Below are positions 49,464 to 62,041 of a DNA stretch of 64,000 bases, one piece after another. The DNA is from Trypanosoma brucei (lineage: Eukaryota), in the NCBI GenBank assembly GCA_000002445.1, contig CM000207.1, positions 192,001-256,000 on the forward strand, in the 5' to 3' direction. How positions within the stretch are numbered: position 1 is the first letter of the stretch; every line of letters starts with the position of its first letter. Under the pieces are notes generated by a model. It was not told the DNA's origin and ran no database searches. It was given only the letters and a program-made list of their open reading frames with translations. Made by a program: the position numbers and the translations under genes.

Positions 49464-52400
49464 CTAGCTGCACAGTCGGATAAGGAGAGAAGTTGCAGAA
49501 GGGAGAGTGGGTTGTATGACTGTTACATTAGGGGAGGACTTCACCTGCGGCCGGCTCCGTTCAACCGCAATGAGAAACTGCGCCAGCCTTTTGGAGAAGC
49601 ATATATCCTGCACACACTCACCTTCCACCGCAAACCTGACACGTAACTCCTTCAAACAGGGACAGCTCATCGAGTGCAGCGACGTTTCTTCACAGTCGCC
49701 GCGTTGGCTGGTAACAGCGCGCTCTACCTTCATACCGTGCATCTTCTTTTGATGTAGGGTGAGGCCAGTTTTGCTAGCATACTGCCTTCCGCATGTCGGG
49801 CACACCAACATGGATGTGTTTGTATGCGGGGAATCAGTGGCACAAAATTTTTTGCTTTTGCTGCATTTAAGCTCGACTCCCTCACCTTTGTGGAAAGCCT
49901 TACAGTGTCGGATGAGGGAGTCCCTGCAACTGAGCACTTTTTGGCACACACCACACTGCACCTCGCCTTTCCCCGGGACGTTAACATTTCCCTCACGGGC
50001 ACGCTTACGAGGGAATTGCACCACCACCACGGTACCGTCCTCCGTCACTATGCTCTTATGTTTGAATTTCTTGTGTAGTGACAGGGAAGAGCGTGTACCG
50101 AAGCTCGCCTCACAAGGTCACATTGAAACGGCAGCTTCCGTGTATCCTGAGAGGCTGGCGCTGCTGGGGCTCTACCATCTCCTTGCAATGAGTCCTCGTT
50201 CTCTCGCCCCCTTTTCACGCGGCAACTACCGCTGCCTATGCCATGTATTGTTCTAAGGTGGTGTAATAGTCGGCCTGGCACTGCGAATTTGGAGGCACAG
50301 AGGGTACAATGAAGAACCTGCGGTCTCATCGGGACTCGTGTGTTCGATGGTAGAGGAACGATCACCACCACTGGAGGGGGCTCCGGGGGGATATCCACTG
50401 CAGGTGTTGCATCGCCGTATTTGATCCTCCGGAGGGCATCAGCTCGCACAAAGCCATGTTTGTTTACCATGCGCGTTACAGCACTCGAGCGGCATTGGTA
50501 TATGGCATCACATTCCGTACATTTGGTCGGTTCGGAGGTTCTCTGAAGAGTGCGTGTCGCAACAGTTGGGACCGTTTGTATTGTTAGCCCTATCGCTGCA
50601 TGTTGCGGGTTGCACCATCGGCACTGTGGAGGCACACTCCGGTTGATCTTTCGCAACATCCATCCATAGTGTCTTGAAGACCCAACCCGAAAGCGTGCCA
50701 ATGCCGTTTCTTCTTCCCTCGTCAGTTCTTCCTTATGTTTTGTTGTAAAGTGGTTGCCCGTGATACCAAACCTATGAGTGTTCTCATGGACTTCTTCCGA
50801 CCTAAGCACTCGCTTCGCATAAGCAATGATGTCGGGGATCCATGTATCTCACAACTGTGGTAAATCTGCGGCCTTTTTGGCCATTTCATCACAAACCTCA
50901 TTCCGTTTCACGCCACAATGGCCAAACACAAATTGCAGTCGGATACGTATCTTCCTTCTCTGAACTTGAAGCAGAAGCCTCCATAGTCGTCTCAGAATTG
51001 GGTCCGTTACGGCTAGGGGGCCTGTCTGCAGTGCTGTTAACATTGACAGCGAGTCAGAGAAGATGGACAACCTGCTCTGTGTGCTTCTGTATGCCGGAAG
51101 CCATTTCAGCAGCCGTTGCAGTCCTATCTCTAATGCTACGCATTCCGCTCTGTAACTGCATGAGAGTTCCTCTGCTCCGGTCTTGGGTGCACAAATCAGC
51201 GTGTTGTTTCTGTAGAGCAGGGCAGCTGCTCCGGACTTCTCACCGAGGGACACGGATTCATCAGTCCACAATTCGTAGTGCTCTCGCCGCGGTGGCTCCT
51301 TCCCCCTCCGTGCAAAATGCCGTGCAATCCACTTTTCGGAAGCCTCCCTTTTGACATCGTCAGGGTCATCAGCGCACACAGGCTTTACCTGCGTGTGAAA
51401 TAGCGGTCGGCAGCTGTGGCGGAGCGTCGATGTCTCTAGTGGGTGCTCGCGTGGCTCAATGCGGAGGTGGGGGTAGGACCGCATGATGCGGGAATGTAGG
51501 GCTCTGACCGTATGTTTACTGTGGTATACTTCCTCAGCACTGCGGCGCAAACATCCGCCTCGTGACTCACACATCAGCATGAATTTCATGCTGCGCACAA
51601 GAGTGGTCGTCTTGAGTAGCAGGAGGTTTGCTTCCAGCAGAGAGTTCTCTTTGCGCGTCCCATGCGGTATGCCGGCTATGATGCGACTGGCTTTGTGTTG
51701 TGCTGATGCAAGGAGGTCGCGACTTCGTTCCGAAGCGTCCCAGTACCATACCTCAATGCCATACATGGTGTGTGCCTGTACGAGTGCTAGATAAAAAGCT
51801 CTCAGCACTTGTCGTCTTGGCCCCCATGTAGAAGCTGAGATGGCTACTATCTGCAGTAGTCGGAAGTCTATCTTGCGTCTCGTTTCGGTCGCATGTGTTG
51901 CCATCCCTTGCAGACACTGGAATGTTACTCCTAGAAGCTTCGGTGTCCTGTCAGCTCCTATTCTTTCGCCGTCCAGTTGTAATGTAAGGGGGTGGCGCTC
52001 TATACACCCGAAGAGTGTGCACTTTGTTTTCGCTACGTTGACAGACATGAAGTACTCTTTTGACCACTGTAACACCACGTTTAGACCGCATTACAGCGTG
52101 TGGTTAATGACATCCCTCTCTGTGTGCCTCGCTAGTAGCGTTAGGTCGTCTGCAAAGAATCCGTGCTGCAGTAACGGCACTTCTGCAAGGCATTGGCTTA
52201 ACGAGTTCATGACAATAATGAACATGATTGGGCCAAGGACAGTTCCTTGTGGCACTCCTCGCTCAAATGTTCTGCTTCTGGAAAGCTTCTCCTTGAATCT
52301 CACTCTGCCAGTTCGGTTACTCAGAAATGATACGCACCACTTCACAATGTGGGGTGATACCTTCATTCTGTGCATTTCCCTCGCAATTTTGTCGTGGTCT

Positions 52401-54334
52401 ACTGTATCAAATGCCTTCTCGTAGTCAACGAATACAGCACCCGTACGATATTGGTGCGTGGGACGGCAGAGGGCAGCGCGGACGTGCAGGAGTTGTTCGA
52501 GCGTTGAGCAACCGTGGCGAAAGCCTGATTGCTGCGGCGTCAGCTGGGACTCAACAGTGTCTCTAAGCCTCGCGGCAATTATGCGCTCTATGACTTTGCA
52601 GAGACAGCTCGTGAGCGTCACAGGCCTGTAAGAATCGAGGTCCTCCGCCTTTTTTCCGGCCTTCAGGATGGGGATGATAACACCAGTCTTCCATGCAGGC
52701 GGCACGACTCCCGTTCGTAGGCTCTCATTGAATAGCCTCATTACAACATTCAGCGCTGTTCTACCGAGATGTTGTAGTGCCTCGTTGTATAAGCAATCAG
52801 GTCCGGCTGCGGATCCACTCGGTAGCAGTTTGATCGATCTCCGTAGTTCAGCCATCGTGATGGGACTGAACTCACTCGCTATCGTCTTTATGGGTGCCGG
52901 TGGGTGTGAGTCGGGGTGCCTTCTTGCGCGGGACGAGTACAGTTTACTGAACCTCTCAACTTGACGGTAGTCCGTGATGGCCGCGTTATCAACAAGTACA
53001 GCCGGTGTGGTTAGTGGTCGTGGCGCATATACCTTCTTGACAATGTGCCAACTGCAGCGGTCTGACACCGCAAGTCTGGAGCATAGCGTGCTCCATCTCT
53101 TCTTTGTGGTACGGTCCAGGATCTGCTTACGCGTGGCTACCAACTTTTCCCTTCGGTGGGAGGGTCCGCATCCAGCGATCTCTTCATCGAGTTTCGCGAG
53201 CTCAGGTGTCCAATGTGGTGGCGTTGCTCTGCAGCCACGGGGGACGGAGACCTTCGTCGCAATGCGGATGGCGGAGCTCAATTTCTGTTTCAGGGTGTTG
53301 ACGTTCTTTTCTCTACCAATTTTCCTGCAGAGCTCGTCAACCTTGAGACGGAAATTCCTCCAGTCAGCTTTCAGCCATGCGTACATGGGCTTTTGAAGCC
53401 GCGGGCAACTCAGTGCATCTGTGTCGTCTCCAACGATAACGTCAAAAAATATGTGATGGTGATCGCTATCGGGAGAATACAGCGATGTCCAAGTGTACAC
53501 TGTGCAATTCCTTGACAGTGTCACATCAGGGGTGGACTCCCCGTGGTGGCGCGCGTACCTGGTGCACCCACCAGTGTTGCAGACCAGAAACTGGTTGTCA
53601 ATGCACCACTGTGTGAGGGTTTCACCCTTGGTATTTGGTGGGCTCGCGCGATCCCATGCCAACGCGTGTGCATTAGCGTCTGCACCGATGAGCTGGGCAC
53701 CGTCAGTCGTCAGAAGCGTATCTAGGTCAGTTGCCGTGAAGGTGTGTTTTGGTGGGATGTATGCCGACGTGACAGTCAGCGCCGTTCCACTTGCAAGGTG
53801 AATTGTTGCATGCACTTGTTCAATGCGACTAACAACGACCATACCTGTCTCGACTGGCAGGTCCTCCCTCACTAGTATTGATACACCACCTCCTTTGCAG
53901 TTACGAGCTATTCCGTGATGTTGGTATCCAGCAACGCTAAAGCAAGCCGCCTCTCCAGGCGTCATCCTTGTCTCGCTCAACGGACAAAAGGCGATCCGCT
54001 CATCAACAAGGGTTTTGTGGAGTGCTAATCTCTTTCCTTGAGATAGCCCGGCGCAGTTCCACTGCATCCCGCGCAACGACGGGCCGGGATTCTCTTCCAC
54101 ATCACCGGATAGCAGCATCTTAGTGCGGATGATACTGCTGATGGCACGCTGGCACGTGCCCAGGGACCGACAAATGAAAAACGGTGTCCCAGCAAGACGC
54201 TTCTGATCCGTGTGCTGTATGATGCCGTAGCCGGAGCACAGCAGTGTTCCCCATGAAAGGAATGCTTCTGACTCTTGGCTTACCCCGATGATACGGGGTA
54301 CTGGACTCTGGCACCATGTTGAGGTGGTCGGCAT
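49464..54334 (-). pseudogene. ingi polyprotein ORF, degenerate, with multiple frameshifts or stops.
   Basis: Four ORF segments cover the endonuclease, RT, RNase H and zinc-finger regions. The DVEENPGP coding sequence lies at 54080-54103 on the - strand. Confidence 0.85.
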
Positions 54335-54342
54335 CGCCAGGG
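54266..54342 (-). promoter_or_regulatory. Pr77 hallmark at the 5' end of the inverted ingi.
   Basis: The reverse complement matches the copy-1 5' end with a few substitutions. Confidence 0.7.
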
Positions 54343-54438
54343 TGTTGAATTGAAGGCAAGCGTCAGGATTCCAGTCTCCTGGTCCATAAGAAATTGTTTC
54401 TGAGTATGGATGCTACTTTTGTAGCCTTGGTGTTTTAA
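54343..54438 (+). pseudogene. VSG C-terminal and GPI-signal remnant immediately flanking the ingi 5' end.
   Basis: QDSSLLVHKKLFLSMDATFVALVF* (stop 54436-54438), followed by a 3'UTR with a 16-mer-like gtgaagtactttaacat at about 54508. Confidence 0.7.
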
Positions 54439-54639
54439 AGTTAATGAAAATTTTTATAATATTCTCAAATTTGCTATTTTCAGAGAATTTTATAAAAATT
54501 CTAAAATGTGAAGTACTTTAACATTTTTTAATGAAAATGTACAAATTTGTAAATGAGTAAGAGAGTGGCTTAAAGATACAAAGTAATAGGGTATGAAAAT
54601 TGAGCACAATTATAAACTCGTTTATTTTGTTTTTTTATG

Positions 54640-54725
54640 GATATCAGTAATAGTTATGATAATTAAAATAATAATAACAGGAGAGTGTCGTGTGCGTGTA
54701 TATACTATTATTATAGTATGAGTGT
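54640..54725 (+). repeat. 70-bp repeat unit.
   Basis: aataataataacaggagagtgtcgtgtgcgtgtatatactattattatag. Confidence 0.8.
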
Positions 54726-56352
54726 TATTGAAGCACGACTGGAAAATCTTTTTTTTAAGGTGCGGATTGATGACCATCGTGGCCACCATGTTCCAGCGAA
54801 GAGGAAGAAATGCGTTTATGCAGGCCGTGATACATGACATAAGACTGTTGGAATCAGCCTTTGAGAACGAGCCACTGCCCACTAAAACCCTCTTAAGTGA
54901 ATATTATTTTCAACCCAGTTCACCAGTACATGGCGACCATGATTCACACGTTGGTCTAAAGGGACGGTATCCAGTGCAGCCCGCTATCCCTTCCTATATC
55001 CACTGTGGCATATCACCCTGTGAATTCACCACCAGCTATACGGCTAATGGCGTGTATACGACTTCGATGGGTTCCCCCTGGACAGAGTACTAAACAGAGG
55101 AAAATGAAGTTGAAACTTATTAGCGAGTTCATTTGCGCTGCATACATATAAATATCTTCAACATCCACAAGTGCACTCACGCTGCCACAATAGAGATCAC
55201 TTACTGCGGCCGATATGCCAGTGTTCATGTGGTAATAATTAGCTTCCGCAGAAAATTTAATTTTTTTTCTGTACTAAACTCTGGCACTACAATGAGGATG
55301 CAACCACTAACGACGGGGATATTAAGTGTTCTAAATACAAGTGTTAAAAGCTATATTTTTAGAGTTAAATAAGGAGGTTATTTGCGTTAAACTGCGTTCT
55401 TGTTGGCAACTTCTTCACCATGCACAGCACTTGAAACAGCCTTCAAAACTTAGAGAATTAAACTGACAGCAAAACAAGTAGGCGCTTCGAAATTGGATTA
55501 TAAAAAATTAGAGCAGAATTTTAAAAAGAGGATAAGATAGAATCGGTTAGAATTACCAACGGCATTTTCGACTTTAGATGGCAATGGAACGCAACAAATA
55601 AAGTGCGTCACGGAGAGACAGACTCCCAGCATAACGCGGTGGCAACGGCGATTCGAAGCTAAAAAAAACATCAAATAAAACCCGGGGAAAAGACATGACT
55701 ATAAACTTTGTAAAACCTCCGCTACCTCGGCGGTACGCGCTCCATCAGGCCAACAAGACCATTAATAATGCAGCGACTCCCGTCGCCCGTAATCGTATTT
55801 ACCAAAATAAACGACAGAAAAGACCTTGCTCAGCATCTTTTTATTAGATCAAGCGCGGAGAAGCGGTTGAAATCCAATCAAAAGCAAACGGACAACAATA
55901 AGCAATACCACACCACGAAACATAACTGTAGTTAAGCCAAAATTGTTTTTTTTAGAAGATATTGCAACAACTCAACTCACGACGCAAGATCACCTTGGAA
56001 CAGACCAATTTTTTTTTGAAGGCAGGCGGTGAAGCTCCACCGGCAACCGCATTGAATACTTTTTTAGGCGCTCACAACGGCACCTGTATGCACTGCACTG
56101 TTTTACAGGTCGTGACGCCGGCCAGATGAGGGGCTGCATGACGACGATCACTGCTGTGCGTGAAGTTGACGACAGCGGAACCGAAAAAAACAAACTGAAT
56201 CAGACCATTACAAACCAAACAGTCAGAGAGCAAAAGAACTCACCTGACAAACGGCAGTACGAAAGTTGCTGCGCAAGCGATGGCGACTTGACAACAAAAA
56301 ACAAAGCAACAAACTCTGCCCTCTAAAATTATATCACTAGGAAGAAGCAACG

Positions 56353-57799
56353 ATGCTGCAACGCGCAAGCGGCAACCGAAGTGTGCCAAAAGCCTTACTA
56401 CTAGCCGCAGCGCTGGCGGCACTAATTTTAAACCAAGGAAGCACCGTCGACACCCAAGAAGCCAAACAGGGAGATGCCTGCAGTGCTGCGATTTACATAA
56501 TGGAGCTAGAAAATTCGATAGAAGACCAACGCGACAAGCTCATCAGCGAAATATCAAAATCAAACCAACACCTGCTTCACCTAGAGGCAGCGCTGGCACT
56601 ACCTCAATGGAAAACGAAATCAACTGCATTAACACCGCTGATAGGGCTAGTACTTGCAGAACATCAGAAGCTGATTTCAAAACTCGCGGCATGCAACACA
56701 GCAGCAACAGCGGCCGAACAGTCGGCCAATATCCAAGCAGGACGAAACTGGGCGGTCGCAGAACTAGCGGAAATTACAACGGCCTCGTCTGCAGAACGGC
56801 AGCAAGCACGTTAAGCGCCGGCGAAAAGGTACAAGATACGGCGACATTCGAGACAATACACGGCGAAACGTGCACTAACAAAGCTACTGGCGAGCTCAAA
56901 CAGGCGGCATCAGGTGTAGACATATCGGAACTCAAAACGCTAACCCTGTTCAAACTAAAACAACACTCAACGGACGCAAACCGGCAAATTTGCTTGGGAC
57001 ACTGCGACAGGCAAGGGACCGCATGCACGACGACGGCAACAAACCACAAAACGAAAACACAAAGCAAGAAATTTCTCGAAGAAGACAAGTCAGAAACGAT
57101 CGATATGCAAGCATCAACGCACAGCCAACCAAAAGCAGCAAGAGCGGAAGAAAACGGAAAAACGTATCTCAAAGCCCACAAGCGCCACCTTAACTGGCGT
57201 CTATACAACTTCAACCTAAACAAACCCTGCAAAGCAACGTACACAAGCCTAGACAAAGCGGCCACGACACAAACGAATGAGCCACTACGGCGCAGTGTAC
57301 TAGCAGTCATAAAAGGCCCGAACGAAAAATACGACACAGACAGCAAAGAGCAGCAGAAAGTAATCAATACCTTTATCGAATCAAACTATGGCAAAGAAGA
57401 AAGCGACTTTAAAGAAAAGGTATGGAATAAAATAAGAAAAACTGATTTTTCTCACAGTATAGGAGGCAAAGACTTCAAAGGCAAGATTGCCGCTATCAAA
57501 AATAGTGATCATATAACAATAGCAATTGGAGCAAGTGGATATACAGCTCCAACAGGCAAAGAGTGCAAAGAAACATCCGTACAGGCCAAACCAACAATAG
57601 AAAAATGCAAGCCAGACACAGAAAAAAGTAAATGTACAGCAGATAAAGATTGCGAACACAGCGATGGCAAATGCAAACTTAAAGAGGGAGTAAAAAAGAG
57701 AATGATGCAAAAACTACAAACACCACAGGAATCAATTCTCTTGTCATTAATAAGGCTCCTCTTTTGCTTGCGGATTTGTTTATATTGCTAGGTTTCTAA
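56353..57799 (+). pseudogene. VSG pseudogene with frameshifts near 56800 and near 57700.
   Basis: MLQRASGNRSVPKALLLAAALAALILNQG signal, N-terminal domain ORF 56607-57791, C-terminal domain CKPDTEKSKCTADKDCEHSDGKCK, and GPI signal NTTGINSLVINKAPLLLADLFILLGF* in an alternate frame. Confidence 0.75.
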
Positions 57800-58019
57800 G
57801 TGATTATTGTTTAATTTAAGGAAAACTATGAAATGTTAAATTTTTGAAAAAAGTTTCTAAATGTTACAGAAATATGATATAGTTAAACATTTTTTATTGT
57901 TTAAATCGGTACAAATGAGTAAAATATGTATAAAAGTGACGCATTGACGTAAAGAAATAAGATGAAAGGATAAAAATGTGTGCCATTATGATTTTCTCTA
58001 TTTTTTTATTTTCTTCTTC

Positions 58020-58262
58020 AATGGATATTAGCTAGATTCAAAATAATAATAGTAATAGCAGTATAATAAAGATAGAGAGGGCCGCTGTACTTATATAAAC
58101 AACAATAACGTCTAAAATTATCATGCTTGTGGGGCTGTGTTCTAGGTGCGTGTATACTAATTTGATAATAAGAGCAGTAATAATAATAATAATGATGATG
58201 ATGATGGTAATGATAGGAGAGTGTTGTAAGTGTATATATACGAATATTATAATAAGATAAGT
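58020..58262 (+). repeat. 70-bp repeat block (about 3 units).
   Basis: ctgtgttctaggtgcgtgtatactaatttgataataagagcagtaataataataataatgatgatgatgatggtaatgataggagagtgttgtaagtgtatatatacgaatattataataag. Confidence 0.85.
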
Positions 58263-59034
58263 GGTAACAAATATGAATGGTCAGACAAAATGGAAGCATG
58301 TAAAACAATGGAAAGGGTGCAGTGAGAATAAGTTATGGAGGGGAAAAGCAACAAGAATATTTTTGATGGAAATGGAGGAAGGCAGAAAGAGAGAAGAGGA
58401 GGAGGGAAGACGCACAATTTCAAGCATAAAAATGAATATGGACATCATGATAACCAAGAACGTTAGTAAGGGAATAATGATAGAGAGAGAGAGTCAAAGT
58501 CTGGTGTACAGAGCAGATGGAGACGCTGCTTTACCCGCAACAGATACGACAGAACATTTAAAAATTATGAACTAAAGTATGAGAAGAAACAGCAGAATAT
58601 GCCACGGAACAGCAAACAATAGAGAAAAATTATACGGGAGTAGATTTTACTCCGTTTTTTAAAAGATGAATGTATTCTACGGCTGAAACAAAGGCTACGA
58701 CTATAATGTTTATTGCGATTACGGTGCCTAGTGTTAAAAACTGGGGCCAACAGCTAAAATATCATAGAATGTTGTATTTTTACTTACTTGCACAGAAAGC
58801 TCAAGAAAAAAAATATGATATTTTAAATAATGGGAAGAGGGGGATTAGAGTATTAGAGATGTGTAGTGTTTAAAATTTAAAATCTAATTTAAAACAAACG
58901 GGTAATGGCTGCGGCCAAACAGAGGAAATAGACAGCAGCCTCTACGTCGTACCAAATGAGAACTTCAACACTAAATATGAAATTCTCTGTACAGCACTAG
59001 CATTAAAATCAGCACCACAGATAAAAAATAGACG

Positions 59035-60624
59035 ATGAAGCATAAATTAGTTAGGATATGTGCTATGGCCTTCATCTTATCAGTCTGGTCCATTTTGGTT
59101 ACAGCGACCGTCGTCGAAGACAGCAATGTCCACGAAAAAGCGGCCCTATGTGGCTTAATTGAGCTCGGAGCCAACAGGGCATTGCTCACCGAAGAGGAAG
59201 ACACCACAACAGGAGCAATCAACAACATAATGGACTTAAACATGAGCCTGTCAGCAGAAACCTGGCAAAAGCTGTTTCGCGAACCTTCAAACCCAGAAAA
59301 CTTCCGCGACTTACCAAAAGGCGAATTTACAGAGAACAAAGACTGGCCGACTAAATGGCCAAGCTGGAAAGCAGCGGGCCAAAGGCTCAAGACAGGTCAA
59401 GCGCACGAAACAATTCAAAAGAAAGCAGGCTTACAGATTGCAGATGATGCAACACTAAAACAAGCCGTCACGGCCGCAGGAAATCTAGCTGACCAGGCGG
59501 CTACACTACAGCAAGAAATAACCGACATCGACAGCAGCGGCCAGCTATTAAAACAACAGCAACTAAGGGAAGCCCTGGACAAGCAGATTTATGGCGCAAC
59601 AACTGAAAACGAAGACGCCGTCGAAGTAGCGACGCTGCTACGAAGCGCACACTCAAGCACACGCCAATAAACCTGCGAAGGCGACACCGCCACGGGCAAG
59701 GTAACGACAGTTCTGGCGGCCATGCTTTGCGTCTGCGGCAAAGACCACTCACCAAGCGGCGACGAAGGCAAGACCTGTTCAGGGAAAACGGCATTAAGTA
59801 ACGCGTGGAACGCAGGTTCGCCACCAACAACCACCGAGTTAGGGGAACTCATAAACCTGTGCGACACAAAGGCTGCAGTACAACTGACATCGTCCGAACT
59901 CCAAACTCGAATCAACAATGTCAAAAAACTTCTAAGGCGAACAAGTAGCGGAACTTACCTGGGCAAGATAGTGGGAGCCAACTGCGACGGCAAAAGCAAC
60001 GGCGGGCTATGTGTAAAATACACCGACATAACAACTGGAGGTGGCATAAGCTTCGATAAAATACCATGGTTAGAGGGGCTGCAGCAACTAGGTAACAAGC
60101 TCAACGAGTCAGAACACGCATATAGCATCAAAAGAGCGCTAGTCCGGAAGCTCAAAACGGTCACGAAGGAACTGGATAATATAGGACAAAAGGCGAGACG
60201 GAGCGCAGCAGCAACGGCTCTGAGCACAGCATCCGAAACACGCCCCCAGAAACCGGCACAGGATCTGAAGACCCAATGTGAGGCACACAATAAATCTAAA
60301 ACAGCATGCTTAGGAGCTAAATGCGCATGGAAAGGACAAAAGGATGATGACGGCCCATGCACTCCAACTGAAGCACAAGTTGCAGAACAACAAGCAACCC
60401 AAGCAGGAACAGGAGATGAAACTGCAGGAACAGGTCCAAATTGAAAGCAATATAATAATCAAGAAGACTGCGAGGCAAGGAATAAACGAGGTGAAAGAGC
60501 TGTTTGCGGGCGGATCACTTACATCAATGGTAAAGGCAAACTTGACCCACAAGAATGCCATGATTTTTCTATTACTGTAAATAAGAAATCGGCTCTGATG
60601 GCCGTTGCTTTTGTAGGTTCGTAA
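59035..60624 (+). pseudogene. VSG pseudogene in a single frame of about 529 codons, with two in-frame stops (TAA 59668-59670, TGA 60442-60444) and no frameshift.
   Basis: MKHKLVRICAMAFILSVWSILVTATVVEDS..., then ...TRQ*TCEGDTATGK..., C-terminal domain CAWKGQKDDDGPCTPTEAQVAEQQATQAGTGDETAGTGPN*KQYNNQEDCE..., and tail ITVNKKSALMAVAFVGS*. Confidence 0.8.
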
Positions 60625-60819
60625 CATTTTAAGGGTTTTTATAATTTACAAGAACTTTCTATAGTAAGAGATTTGCTAAATTTATATATATATTAAAATT
60701 GTTTATGAAAATGTGCAATTTAAAAAAAACATTTTTGTATGATAGTAACCTATGGATGCAAAGTAGTAGGGTGGTAAGGTATGAAAAATGAGTGAAATTC
60801 TAATTTCATATATTTAGTT

Positions 60820-60905
60820 AGTTGGGTATTACTTGGAGCTGTATTAGTAATACAAATAATGATAGAAGAGTGTTGTGAGTGTGTATATACTAATATTATA
60901 ATAAT
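60820..60905 (+). repeat. 70-bp repeat unit.
   Basis: aataatgatagaagagtgttgtgagtgtgtatatactaatattataataatag. Confidence 0.85.
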
Positions 60906-62041
60906 AGTTATGCTAAATGCTAAACGCATTGTTGAAATAGTAAAAGTTAAATAAATGGAAATGGTGCAATGAGAGTAAGTGAGTGGGATTGATAGACAAT
61001 AAGGAGAAAGTGGTGGTGTGATATGCGCAGCTTTAACCACAGAAATGACAATAGACATCATTATATACAAAGAGATGACAGAGAGAACATTCTGAAAAAA
61101 CGTAATGCAGTGCCCTGGATAGATGGACTCACTATATGATTTGCAGATTCAACAGAATAAGACAAGGGACAAAAATGCGAAATTAAATGAAAGAGCACCT
61201 AATAATACAGTGAGTAACAGGAGGAAATGATATAAAAGGAGACAGTTATGCCACGTATTTAAAGGAAAAAGAATAAATTATACTGCAGAGATGATGACGT
61301 CTACTGTAGTTTTTTTTTGATGGTGGACCTTCCGCTATACATTAGTGACAAAAATCAGCAATTTTTATGTAGAAGCGTCATGCATTTATTTTCTGTGTAA
61401 ACGCTGGCATAACTAGACGATTTCAATAGATTATGCTGATAAGTTCATTATAATTTTATTAAACTGCGTAAATTAGGAATTGAAGTGCGGCAACTTTCAA
61501 AGGAATATAATTCAGTGAGCAGACTACACACAGTCAAACGAGGCGTTCTAGATGTTCATCAAAGCAATTGTCCTAATGGTTTTGTTACTCGCAGTGAAAG
61601 CTCTTCATTTCCGCACAACTTATTGTCGAACAGCTTGGAAAAAACAAAACCTAGAATAAAGAACAGCAGATATGGTAGCCACTGCTTCAACCAGCGGAGT
61701 CACCGGCGGCAGACTGCTGCAAAAACAGGAGTTTAATAGCTGATAAATGTGGCGTTGAACTGTAACAAAATGGGGGTTCCCTTCTGCCCTTTTTGTGCCC
61801 GAAGGACCTGTCCGACGGCAAAAGGAGAGGCAGTGCACAGTAGACCAGCCCAGCACAGCACAAGATTCATACCGATGTCAAAAAGTATAATCCGTTGCGA
61901 AAACGATGAGGTAACACTAAAAGTAGGCGTGTAACGCACATTCTGGAGGCCAACTAAACTGTGTCCTTTCACTACAAAAAAATATGCAGATTACACCTAC
62001 AGGATACAATAGCAGGCATAGACTAAAATATAGCGAGAACA

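Larger units (their letters stand above)
49094..54342 (-). mobile_element. ingi: ingi retrotransposon, full length (about 5249 bp), inverted relative to the copy at 11525-16778, with at least three ORF disruptions.
   Basis: The reverse complement of 54342 downwards reads CCCTGGCGATGCCGACCACCTCAACATGG.... The element ends in a poly(A) tail, seen as T9 at 49094-49102 on the + strand. ORF-track segments on the - strand (52091-54334, 50849-52078, 50048-50809, 49464-50048) are near-identical in protein sequence to copy 1. Confidence 0.9.

Noticed and set aside
54722-55093. 123-aa ORF (MLLKHDWKIFFLRCGLMTIV...) in the region upstream of the VSG at 56353.
   Set aside because: No recognisable motif, no signal peptide and no VSG/ESAG similarity by eye. 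It lies directly after a 70-bp repeat, where inter-cassette DNA is noncoding in other cassettes. It is probably spurious.
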